From contig JBNKOC010000016.1 of the NCBI GenBank assembly GCA_050294405.1, forward strand, positions 160,001-224,000: a stretch of DNA of 64,000 nt. Direction: 5' to 3'. The stretch is from Fibrobacteria bacterium. GTDB taxonomy: Bacteria > Fibrobacterota > Fibrobacteria > UBA11236 > JADFYW01. Positions 7,582-16,529 of the stretch are shown here, piece after piece. The translations under genes and the position numbers were made by a program. The notes beneath the pieces are model-generated. The model did not search any database. It was given only the letters and a program-made list of their open reading frames with translations, and had not been told where the DNA came from. Position 1 is the stretch's first letter, and every line of letters begins with the position of its first letter.

Positions 7582-9638
7582 TCTATCAGGTTAGAAAGGC
7601 CTAGTTCGTTATAGGCTAATATGAAATTGGCTGCAGACCAGGATTGAAACGCTTTTCCCATTGGGCGGCCAGTTCTTCCGTGGGCCCACTCGTTAAACTC
7701 CCACTCTTCAAAGGTGCCAGCCTGGTTTAGTTTTCCAAGCTTTAATAACTCCTGGCAGGCAACATCGTAAAGTCCCAGGTGGTTTACAAATTGAACCCAG
7801 TAGCCTCCGATAAAAGGCCAAATTCCGCCATTGTGGTAATGATCTGGTAAGTTTTGAAAATTAATAACAAAATAATCTTTCCAGTCGTGAGCGCCGCTGT
7901 GCACGGTTGGGTATAAATTCCGGACGGGGTAGGGCTCATTGGCTCCCACTCCCCATAAAAATCTAAAAACAGTTTTAGCCCTGCCAACATCTAGAATATT
8001 AAATAAGGCAGCTAAGATATTCCCGTACACATCGCAACGCCAATTGTATTTGAAGGGGGAGACCTCAGGTAAAAGGTACTTAACATCTCCTAAATAAGAT
8101 TGGGTATCGGCAAAGGATTCGGGTGCTTGCCTGGAGCTGGGCCAAAACTTCTTTAATATGGCCTCCTTGATAATGCTGGCTTTTTCAAAATATTTACCTG
8201 CTTTTTCATAGGAATGTTGCATTTCCAAAATCCAGCCATAGCACATATTTGCTCTAAACCACAATACTTCATCGTAAAGAACATGGTAGCTAAAACCAAA
8301 TAAATCTGCCCAATCTCCAGTTTCCGGTATTTCCAATAAATCGTCATTGTTGCTATCAAGCCCCAGCAGCCAATTCATGGCAGTTTTTATTTTGCCTACG
8401 GAACTGTTTAAAAAATCCATGTCATTATAGTGTTTAACATATTCATAAAATGCAATAACAAACCAAAGATTACTGTCAACAGAACTTATTCCTCCCAAAC
8501 CGCTGTATTCGGCTTTACCAGTTTTAATGTCCACGTAACTTGGTACTTGGCCTATAGGAGAGAGGGTTTTTAATAAAGTTTGCAATGTGCTTTTTTGGCA
8601 TCTTTGTATGGCAGGGTCGTCACAACCCAGGGTGCCAATAACTGTAATACATCCATCACGGCTCCAGACGCTAAAATAATTTTCGTCTGTACCGGTGGCA
8701 GAGTTGGAGTTAATGTCGCAAGCACTAAAACCTTTTTCGGAAATATTCCGATGAATAACCTCTAAGGCCTTTTTGTATGCTAAATTCAGAAACTTATGTT
8801 CCTCGTCGCTTAATTTTGTTTTTTCTTTGGTAAACAGCCTAAGGATTTCAGGGGAGTATTGATCGTTTGTAATGTTCCTTATTTTATCGACGGTGATGTT
8901 ATCAATAACTTTAAAATGAATAAGCCCTTCCAGCACTCCCTGGGCGCATACATGTTTAGACAAATACATATTTGGTCCCATGAGTTGCAATAGCTCAGGC
9001 TCGGAATTTTCAACAAGAATACCTCTTATACCATCAATTTGGAACATGGCAGAATCGTTGCCAGAATCTCCAGCAACTAAGGCTTCTTGTGGAGTAATGT
9101 TTAAATATTCAAGCAACCATTTTAAGGCATTGCCCTTGTTTGCGTTTTTAGGGACAATGTCCAAATCCCTGGCGCTGGAGTATATAATATGGGCATCAAT
9201 ACCCTCGGCTTGAATAAATTCTTTGAGACGGCTTAAATCTTCAAGGGAACCGTGGTGTAGAAACCAGGATGATTTAAATGGGCCCTGGACTTTTTCTGGC
9301 TGAGGCTCAATTTGTGGCATTTTCGAAATAGCCCTTGCTACAAGCTCTTTATCCCAATTCTGCTTTAAATGGTTGTGGTAGTTAGGTAACATTTCTCCAG
9401 TTTTCACATTGTAAATTTGGGTTCCCACACCGCAAATAAAAAAATCGGGCTCTGGCAAACCTGTTTGTTTGACAATTAATTTCGCGCTTTCTAGGACGCG
9501 CCCAGTGTTATAAATTAAAACAGGTTTTGATTCGGGCCTGAGTGAATTCCAGGTAAGGTTGAAATTGTTTGTAGCCTCGGGTTTTCCAATTAGTGTGTTA
9601 TCAATGTCGCTGGAAAATGCTTTAATGGTTTCAGCCAA
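7578..9638 (-). CDS. HAD-IIB sucrose/mannosylfructose-phosphate phosphatase fused to a GH100-like (alpha/alpha)6 glycoside hydrolase
   Basis: TTG start behind AAGGAGGG. N-domain SDIDNTL, YNTGR, DLDIVP..ANKGNAL, AGDSGND. C-domain VWSRDG, SVDSNLWF, YHNGGIWPFIGG, EFNEW, QSWSAA. Confidence 0.8.
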   Translation of the reverse strand: MAETIKAFSSDIDNTLIGKPEATNNFNLTWNSLRPESKPVLIYNTGRVLESAKLIVKQTGLPEPDFFICGVGTQIYNVKTGEMLPNYHNHLKQNWDKELVARAISKMPQIEPQPEKVQGPFKSSWFLHHGSLEDLSRLKEFIQAEGIDAHIIYSSARDLDIVPKNANKGNALKWLLEYLNITPQEALVAGDSGNDSAMFQIDGIRGILVENSEPELLQLMGPNMYLSKHVCAQGVLEGLIHFKVIDNITVDKIRNITNDQYSPEILRLFTKEKTKLSDEEHKFLNLAYKKALEVIHRNISEKGFSACDINSNSATGTDENYFSVWSRDGCITVIGTLGCDDPAIQRCQKSTLQTLLKTLSPIGQVPSYVDIKTGKAEYSGLGGISSVDSNLWFVIAFYEYVKHYNDMDFLNSSVGKIKTAMNWLLGLDSNNDDLLEIPETGDWADLFGFSYHVLYDEVLWFRANMCYGWILEMQHSYEKAGKYFEKASIIKEAILKKFWPSSRQAPESFADTQSYLGDVKYLLPEVSPFKYNWRCDVYGNILAALFNILDVGRAKTVFRFLWGVGANEPYPVRNLYPTVHSGAHDWKDYFVINFQNLPDHYHNGGIWPFIGGYWVQFVNHLGLYDVACQELLKLGKLNQAGTFEEWEFNEWAHGRTGRPMGKAFQSWSAANFILAYNELGLSNLID

Positions 9639-9797
9639 CCTACCCTCCTTAATTATTTCGAGATGAAAAGAATATAGGTTTTTTGAAATGGATTTGAAAC
9701 CGTAAATTGAAATTTAATATCAGAAAAAGGAATTTGTTAGAATAGAAATATTTGTGAAATCTGACCTAGATACATTTAAAAATAAAAAAGGTAGCCT

Positions 9798-10646
9798 ATG
9801 GTCAAGAGAATTCAAGCAACTGCGCCCGAAACATCCCGCCATTTATTCACAGTATTAGGCCTTGGAGGCGGATTTTCCTTTTTAGGGTTTAAGCCCAAAA
9901 TAAAATTTGAGTTTTCCAGCGGTGACTATCATGTAAAAGTCGCCTCTAATATATTTGATGTAATTAAAGCATTGCAATTGCGTCATAAAGTTTTTCTGGA
10001 GTATAAGGTAAAGGACCCGCGTTGGAAAATTGATTTGGACAAATACGATTATATGGCCGATCATTTAATTGTTATGAACAAAAAGAACAGGAAAATTGTG
10101 GGAACCTACCGATTTATTTGCTCGAGCTTCTACCATGACTTTTATTCCGGTTCTGAATTTGATATCTCAAATATTCTGTTTATCGAGGATATTAAATTGG
10201 AAGTTGGAAGGGCATGTATCCATCCGGATTTTAGGAACAGAACCGTTTTGCAGTTGTTGTGGAAGGGCATAGCTCAATATTTAAAATATTCAGGAGCAAA
10301 ATATTTGTTTGGCTGTTCCAGTATCCCCAGCCATCCCTTGAATTCTGCGGTTAGTATTCAAAATTATTTAATGGATAACTATTTGGTTGAGGCTGGTTTT
10401 AGGGTCACTCCTAAAATAAAACCTGAGGCAGGTTTTTATCAATCTGCCAGAAAGGAAAAAGAAAATCCAGAAGGCGTTAATCCCAAAATAAAAAGCCTGC
10501 TTCCCCCGCTGCTGAGAGGGTATTTGGAAATGGGATGTAAAATTTGCGGAGAGCCCGCCTATGATAAGGACTTTGGAACTTATGATTATTTTACTTTGTT
10601 GGATGTTTCTGCTTTGAATCCAAAATTTTTCAAAAAATTTCTTTAA
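9798..10646 (+). CDS. olsB: GNAT N-acyltransferase, OlsB-like (lyso-ornithine lipid synthase)
   Basis: ALQLRHKVF, DLDKYD..ADHLIV, VGTYR, FYSGSEFD, LEVGRACIHPDFR, LWKGI, LFGCSS, LPPLLRGYL, PAYDKDF. Confidence 0.75.
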   Translation: MVKRIQATAPETSRHLFTVLGLGGGFSFLGFKPKIKFEFSSGDYHVKVASNIFDVIKALQLRHKVFLEYKVKDPRWKIDLDKYDYMADHLIVMNKKNRKIVGTYRFICSSFYHDFYSGSEFDISNILFIEDIKLEVGRACIHPDFRNRTVLQLLWKGIAQYLKYSGAKYLFGCSSIPSHPLNSAVSIQNYLMDNYLVEAGFRVTPKIKPEAGFYQSARKEKENPEGVNPKIKSLLPPLLRGYLEMGCKICGEPAYDKDFGTYDYFTLLDVSALNPKFFKKFL

Positions 10647-10654
10647 ATGAATTT

Positions 10655-11401
10655 ATGCATTGGAAAACGCTAAGTTTATTACATTGTCTTTCTTATGAAT
10701 ACATTCGATTAAGTTTACTGAAAAAAACAATATACCAGTCAAAATCCAAATCACAATTCCTGCAACATGTAAGTAAATCGGCCAGAAAAATATTAGACAG
10801 ATTAAATGTTCAAGTGGAGTGTAAAGGAAGCCCTAAAGGAAATGGGGTTTTTGTTTGCAACCATTTGTCATATCTCGACCCCCTGATAATATTTAGCCAA
10901 TTGAATGGGGTGTTTGTGACTTCTACAGATGTTTACACCCACCCGGTCCTTGGCAGAATTTGCCGCTTGACAGATTGTATATTTATAAACAGAAATAATG
11001 GTCGACACATCGCAAATGATTTAAAACAGATTACAGAAAAATTAGATCAAGGGTTTAATGTGATTGTATTTCCAGAAGCCACAAGCACAGATGGAAAGAC
11101 AATATTGCCTTTTAAACCCTGGATCTTTCAGATAGCGTATGAATTTAACGTTCCTGTATACCCCATATGTTTGAAATATACTAAACTTAATCAGAAAATT
11201 ATCAACAACTACTCACAGTCAATTATCCATTATTATGGAGAACATAAGTTTTTCCCGCATTTACTGAAATTATCCAAACAAGAAAGTATTTCTGCAAAAC
11301 TGCGCTTTTTGGAAGGAATATCCGCAACTCATTTCCTAAATAGGAAAGTTATGGCAAAAACATCAAGAGAACTAATTTCCAAAGAATATGTTTTAAATTA
11401 G
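10655..11401 (+). CDS. lysophospholipid acyltransferase (PlsC/OlsA family)
   Basis: NHLSYLD, FINR, FPEATSTDG, LPFK motifs; 8 nt downstream of the olsB-like gene. Confidence 0.85.
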   Translation: MHWKTLSLLHCLSYEYIRLSLLKKTIYQSKSKSQFLQHVSKSARKILDRLNVQVECKGSPKGNGVFVCNHLSYLDPLIIFSQLNGVFVTSTDVYTHPVLGRICRLTDCIFINRNNGRHIANDLKQITEKLDQGFNVIVFPEATSTDGKTILPFKPWIFQIAYEFNVPVYPICLKYTKLNQKIINNYSQSIIHYYGEHKFFPHLLKLSKQESISAKLRFLEGISATHFLNRKVMAKTSRELISKEYVLN

Positions 11402-12573
11402 GAAGCTGCTTTTATAAATTCCGGGAAATGGGTTGGCGCAACTTGTGAAGATAGGATAGCTTTTCCGTCCCCATTAAATGCGAAATTATTAATTACATTC
11501 ATGGTTGCTCTTGTGCCATCATAATTTTCTTTCCAGGATGTTTTGTTAGTAGGCAATCGCTTAGGGAATTTCTCTAAAAAAGATTCAAAAAAATCTTTGT
11601 TAAATTTCTTTAACTCAAAAGATAAACCGAATTGACTTAGATTTAGGGCTTGGGAATTCAACTCTTGTTCTACAATGTTAGGCTCCGGGAATGCTAAAAT
11701 TGGGACACCGCAATATATTGCCTCACCCAAAACCTGGTTTCCAGCTGTTGTAATTAATGCCTTGGATTGAGACAATGTATTTAAAAACTTTTTTTGATTT
11801 ATTTGTTCAAATTGAATATTTGGAATCACGATCTGGCTGCCAGATGGCAGGTTTTTCCATTTGGAAAAAATGACAAAATTATAATTGGAGCTTTCTTTTA
11901 TGGTGTTTAGAAGAAACTTTAAATAATGCTGAGACTTCAGATAAACGCAGATCTGATTTTGTTTTTTACTGAAATCATCAAAATTCTGAGTATTAATATA
12001 AGGCCCAACAAGACGTGTATTGGAATTCTTTTTTTTGGGAAAATGAAAAAAGCTGCTGCATATATTCACATCGGGACTGTGTACTAGTTTTTTAATAAAG
12101 AACTGGAAAATTTTAATTTGAAAATTTTTCCGAAAGGAATTTATTTTAGGCAATTGAGTTTGAGTTAAAAAAGTTTGGTGGTTTACAGACACAATAGGCA
12201 CTTTATTTAACTTGGCCATTCTGCATACATAAGGCTCAAAATCTGAAATAACAAAATCTGGCTTATAAAGATTAAAAATGGTATTCAGGTTTTTAAAGGT
12301 GGGGCCTTTTTCCAGAAAAATAGAAAGAGCTATTTTGAAATTTTTTGTGGCAGTATGAAAAAGAGAAAGGCTGCCTTCTTTGTTATAAAAATATCTTAAG
12401 ATGGGAATGGTGTAGGTAGGAATTTTATTTTGGGCGAAAATATCAAGTGCCTCGCCTCCGGTGACAACTTTAACCTGATATCCTTGGCGCCTCAATTCCT
12501 TTATAAGGTGGATGCTGCGAGTTGCATGCCCTCTACCTTCACCCTGAACCCCATATAGGATTTTAAGCGGCAT
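11398..12573 (-). CDS. MJ1255/VC2487-family GT-B glycosyltransferase
   Basis: KILYGVQGEGRGHATRS, PDFVISDFEP, ITTAGNQVLGEA, EQELNS. ATG at 12573 overlaps the radical SAM gene stop. Confidence 0.85.
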   Translation of the reverse strand: MPLKILYGVQGEGRGHATRSIHLIKELRRQGYQVKVVTGGEALDIFAQNKIPTYTIPILRYFYNKEGSLSLFHTATKNFKIALSIFLEKGPTFKNLNTIFNLYKPDFVISDFEPYVCRMAKLNKVPIVSVNHQTFLTQTQLPKINSFRKNFQIKIFQFFIKKLVHSPDVNICSSFFHFPKKKNSNTRLVGPYINTQNFDDFSKKQNQICVYLKSQHYLKFLLNTIKESSNYNFVIFSKWKNLPSGSQIVIPNIQFEQINQKKFLNTLSQSKALITTAGNQVLGEAIYCGVPILAFPEPNIVEQELNSQALNLSQFGLSFELKKFNKDFFESFLEKFPKRLPTNKTSWKENYDGTRATMNVINNFAFNGDGKAILSSQVAPTHFPEFIKAAS

Positions 12574-13654
12574 AGGATTTGTATCCCTTATGAGAAACCA
12601 CATCCCACAAATCCATCAAAGAATAAGAAAGGGAAGTGCGGCTGTTAATCAAATTCATCATAAATTTTTGGGGGTTGTCCAGCACAGAATAAACAATACT
12701 TGGATCTCTAAAACATTGGTCCATGCAAGAAGAACAATCCCGGTATTTTTTGCTGGCCTTTAAGGGCTTGTTGTCTATGTTGTCAATTATGTCATCGCTA
12801 AATGTATAACAAGGCCTTAAAGTTGTTTGGTCTTCACCCATAAAAAATATGGAGTTGCCCGCATAGCAGCCTATTTTTGTCTTAGCCCCTTTTAATTCTT
12901 CAATTTGTTGGAATAAGGACAAATAAGGGTTAATTATTGTAACATCTGTGTAGTTTTTCTTTAGCCACATTATTTTTCTCAAAGAGGATATAAGCTCTGC
13001 GGTAGTAAAATTAACAGAGTTAGACCCCAAAGTCGCCAAGTGCTTTTGATTTTGTGAAGAATATGGTCTATACATGGGATAAGAAAAAACAAACTTTCGA
13101 ATGCCAAAAACAGCTTTGTAATATTTTATATGGCCTTCCAAATCCGGAAGACCTTGATTGGTCGGTAATACTTTTGAAATCACGGTCTGCCCAAAAAAAT
13201 TCACATTGTATTTGTGCAGGAGCTCTATTCCTTTCTCCATTTTATTCTGAGCCTTTTCAAATCCTCGATGAGTTAGATGATCAATATAAGGGTAGGTATC
13301 AAGGGAATACCATAAAAAATCAAGCCCGGAGTCCTTGATTTTTTTGACCATGTCTTCATTGAGCATAGAACCATTTGTTCCTGTTCGTACTTGAAAACCC
13401 AATTTTTTGGCACGGGTGATAATATCAATAAATTTAGCCTCTAAAAAAGGTTCCCCTCCGGTGAAATGAAGAATTCCAATTCCCTTTTTCTTTAGCTTGG
13501 GAAGGTCTTGTATAAATTTGGGGACATTTAGCTTAAATGGAATTTGTCCTTGTTGTATGCTTTTTTTTAGAGCATTCTTATTGTAGCCACAAAAAGAACA
13601 AGTGGCATTGCAAACCCCGGTAGTTTTTATATTGAGCTGTTTTGGAAATAACAT
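12563..13654 (-). CDS. radical SAM enzyme with C-terminal twitch/SPASM-like cysteines
   Basis: CNATCSFC (CxxxCxxC), FTGGEP, TNGSML; C-terminal CYAG, PCY, CSSCMDQC. Confidence 0.9.
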   Translation of the reverse strand: MLFPKQLNIKTTGVCNATCSFCGYNKNALKKSIQQGQIPFKLNVPKFIQDLPKLKKKGIGILHFTGGEPFLEAKFIDIITRAKKLGFQVRTGTNGSMLNEDMVKKIKDSGLDFLWYSLDTYPYIDHLTHRGFEKAQNKMEKGIELLHKYNVNFFGQTVISKVLPTNQGLPDLEGHIKYYKAVFGIRKFVFSYPMYRPYSSQNQKHLATLGSNSVNFTTAELISSLRKIMWLKKNYTDVTIINPYLSLFQQIEELKGAKTKIGCYAGNSIFFMGEDQTTLRPCYTFSDDIIDNIDNKPLKASKKYRDCSSCMDQCFRDPSIVYSVLDNPQKFMMNLINSRTSLSYSLMDLWDVVSHKGYKSYAA

Positions 13655-13758
13655 ACCCTTAATTTAAAGAAAGAATATTTCAAATATGTTTAGAATCCAT
13701 CTCGATACTAATTCTTGGTTCGATACATTTCCATTTGAGAGTGGCACTCTACCCACAT

Positions 13759-16521
13759 TCAGTTATAAGTAGACCTGGGGCTGGATTCCAGATTGGTTAA
13801 ATATGGAAAAATTTGATTTGTTGGTATAGGCATGGCTTTTTTAACTGTTTTTTTGGGATAAAAGTCCAATCCAAGTTTATCAGTAAAGGATTTTAATATT
13901 TCTCCAGAGTCAAAAGATTCGGCCCTTATTTTGGCTTGTTTTTTAAATTCAAATGTGTCGGCCGAACCAAAAAAGTCAATAATTTTCTTGGCCATATCGT
14001 ATTTGTTTTTAGCTAAATATCCGCATTTGCCATTTACAATAATATCCTTTGGTCCTTTTGTATTATAGGCAACCACGGGAAGGCTGTTCTGAAGCGCTTC
14101 CAAAACTACACAACCAAACGTATCAAAACGGGAGGGAAGTATCAATAAGTCAGATGCCTGGTACAAAACGCTTAACTCTTTTGGGTCTAGCCAATTTGTA
14201 AAATAAGCCTCTGGCATACGGGTTATAAGTTCTTTTTGATCTGGTCCGGTGCCAGCTATAATGATTTTTAAGCTTGGAATTTTTTGCCGGACATTTTCAA
14301 TTATGGCAGGTAAATCAAATATCCCTTTTTCCTGGCTTATTCTCCCTGCAAATAAAAGAGTGGGAGAGGAAGAACATATATCCAAGGCTGCTTTTAAATT
14401 ATCCGAGTACCGTCCTAAAATGTTTTGCCCTTTTATTTTTTCGGAAACCCAATGGCTGGTTTTGTGCACTCTGTCGGGTTCAAAGCCCATCCCACTTCCT
14501 GTTAACCATTTTTCCTGATCGGAATTTAACACAAAAATCCCGTCAAATTGCTGGTAGAAAGCCCTAAACAATCTTCGAAACCTGTCCAGGGCTTTTCTAT
14601 TTAAACGCGCTGTTTTTCTTAAAAACTCGAGCCAGTCCGTATGCATGTAAAAGAATGCTTTTACGTTAAAGGCATGTTTTAAGTAAAGGGCTATTGGCCC
14701 CATAGGCAATTCAGTAGAACAAATAAGTCTGTCATATGAGTTTTCGTAAAAAATCTTATGTATATCTAGTAAGTTGGGGAGATAGAACTTTTGCTCAGGG
14801 TAATTTGAAAAACTTAGGCAATCCGTTGGTTTTATCACGATTAAGTGCTCCTCTGATTCCATGTCAGGATGGCAGGTTAGAATATCAATTGGAAGGTTTA
14901 ACCTTTGAATCTCTCGTAGGTACTCCTTTAGAACCAACCCAACTCCATTATTAGAAACCATTGTGTCTGTAAGCCATAGGCAACGTTTTTCCGGGGAATG
15001 AGAATTTATATTTTGAGCAAATTTTTTGAGGAAATCTCTATTATTGCTTAATACTTTTGATGTTGCCAAAGTTGCTCCAGCTAAAATGCCGGAAGCTAAT
15101 AATGGAAAGGACAAACTATCCATAATGGAGGATATGTTAAAACTCCCTGCCCCCATGTTTTCGTTAGAATTAAAATGCGATCGAAAATACATAGGCAATT
15201 CCAGCTTTTCGGAGAACTTTTCCATTTTGTTTTTAAAAATCGGTAAATCAATGTTATTCAATTCAATTTTATTTTTGACTCGTCTAAGTATGATGTTGTT
15301 TAAATCCTGGAAAAGATCTGGCACTAGTTGCTTTAGCTTGCTGTTAAATAAATCCGGAGATTCAGATTTTGCTTTAGCAATGCTATCAATTTTTTTCACA
15401 AGAGGTTTGTAGTCTTTTGAGACAGTCCATTTTATCAAGAACTTAGGTCGTTTTCCCTGAAAGGAGTTATGAACGGCATCTAAAAACTGCTTGGTGTACT
15501 TGTGCCTGTTAAGCTCCATTAGCCCATTTCCAAGGGCCAAACACATTATTTTTTCCTGAAGATTTCCTTTGTGGAGCATAAGCCTTATCAAACCAGGGTC
15601 TTTCATGTATAGAGCAACCTGGCAAAAATAATCTAAAAAAGCAGTACACAATTTTTCTTCGCTACCTACGTAGCCAAAGGGAACGAATTGACCTTTTTTA
15701 AGAGCATCTAAAACTAATTGAGAATTCGAAAACTTCTTTTGATTTTCTTTTAAATCTGGAATATGAAAAAAAGTTCCGGTGGTGCCAGCATAAATGCCCA
15801 TATGATCATCTGACCCCCCCGTTATCTTTTTTTCATAAGGGAATTGGCAGAAGTCTAAAGGGTTGATACCGTGTTTTTTACTCCAATTTGTGATTTTCTC
15901 TTCATTTATCTGGTCTACATAATCCCAGGCCAATAAATTTTGCCATACATCTCTTTGGCCATTGAAAACTTCAAATCTGTCAAAAATCAGAGCTAACTTT
16001 TCAAACAATTCAATAGAATAGGATTTACTTTTGCTATACATATACAGTGGATGAGGTAATACGGTGGGAATATCATTTTCGGAAGCATATCTCATAAATT
16101 TTAAAAGGTCATGACGGTAATCTTTTAATTTCTCTTCCTGATCAGGGTTAAACCCGTAGGTAAGCACGTGCATACTGACATTTTCTGTTTTGTAGTGACA
16201 GGTGAACTCGGCGCCAACCAGAACATCTTGGCCTTTGTCTTTTAAGTCCCAGCAAGATCTCGCATTATTATGATTTGTAATAGTAACCACATGGGATCCA
16301 TTAGACTTTAGAACAGATAGTAGTTTATCTGTAGCTAGCCAGGTTTCTGGCAAACCAAGAATTCTCCCCCATAATTCATCAGGAACATCACTGTTTAAAT
16401 CGTGGCAATGTAAATCTGCCTGTAAGATATTTTCCCGAGGGTATTTAAAAAGACAATCGTCCAGCTTGGATTGAAAAGCTTTCCTAATTTGAATTTGAAA
16501 ATGATTTAATGTATTTGGCAT
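13759..16521 (-). CDS. PHP metal-dependent phosphoesterase domain fused to a C-terminal GT4 glycosyltransferase
   Basis: N-domain DLHCH, TNHN, GAEFT, HVLTYG, PHP, EVFNG, GGSDDH. C-domain TDTMVSNNGV, FAGRISQEKG, PSRFDTFGCVVLEA. ATG at 16521 follows the upstream stop at 16530. Confidence 0.85.
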   Translation of the reverse strand: MPNTLNHFQIQIRKAFQSKLDDCLFKYPRENILQADLHCHDLNSDVPDELWGRILGLPETWLATDKLLSVLKSNGSHVVTITNHNNARSCWDLKDKGQDVLVGAEFTCHYKTENVSMHVLTYGFNPDQEEKLKDYRHDLLKFMRYASENDIPTVLPHPLYMYSKSKSYSIELFEKLALIFDRFEVFNGQRDVWQNLLAWDYVDQINEEKITNWSKKHGINPLDFCQFPYEKKITGGSDDHMGIYAGTTGTFFHIPDLKENQKKFSNSQLVLDALKKGQFVPFGYVGSEEKLCTAFLDYFCQVALYMKDPGLIRLMLHKGNLQEKIMCLALGNGLMELNRHKYTKQFLDAVHNSFQGKRPKFLIKWTVSKDYKPLVKKIDSIAKAKSESPDLFNSKLKQLVPDLFQDLNNIILRRVKNKIELNNIDLPIFKNKMEKFSEKLELPMYFRSHFNSNENMGAGSFNISSIMDSLSFPLLASGILAGATLATSKVLSNNRDFLKKFAQNINSHSPEKRCLWLTDTMVSNNGVGLVLKEYLREIQRLNLPIDILTCHPDMESEEHLIVIKPTDCLSFSNYPEQKFYLPNLLDIHKIFYENSYDRLICSTELPMGPIALYLKHAFNVKAFFYMHTDWLEFLRKTARLNRKALDRFRRLFRAFYQQFDGIFVLNSDQEKWLTGSGMGFEPDRVHKTSHWVSEKIKGQNILGRYSDNLKAALDICSSSPTLLFAGRISQEKGIFDLPAIIENVRQKIPSLKIIIAGTGPDQKELITRMPEAYFTNWLDPKELSVLYQASDLLILPSRFDTFGCVVLEALQNSLPVVAYNTKGPKDIIVNGKCGYLAKNKYDMAKKIIDFFGSADTFEFKKQAKIRAESFDSGEILKSFTDKLGLDFYPKKTVKKAMPIPTNQIFPYLTNLESSPRSTYN

Positions 16522-16529
16522 GGAATTAC

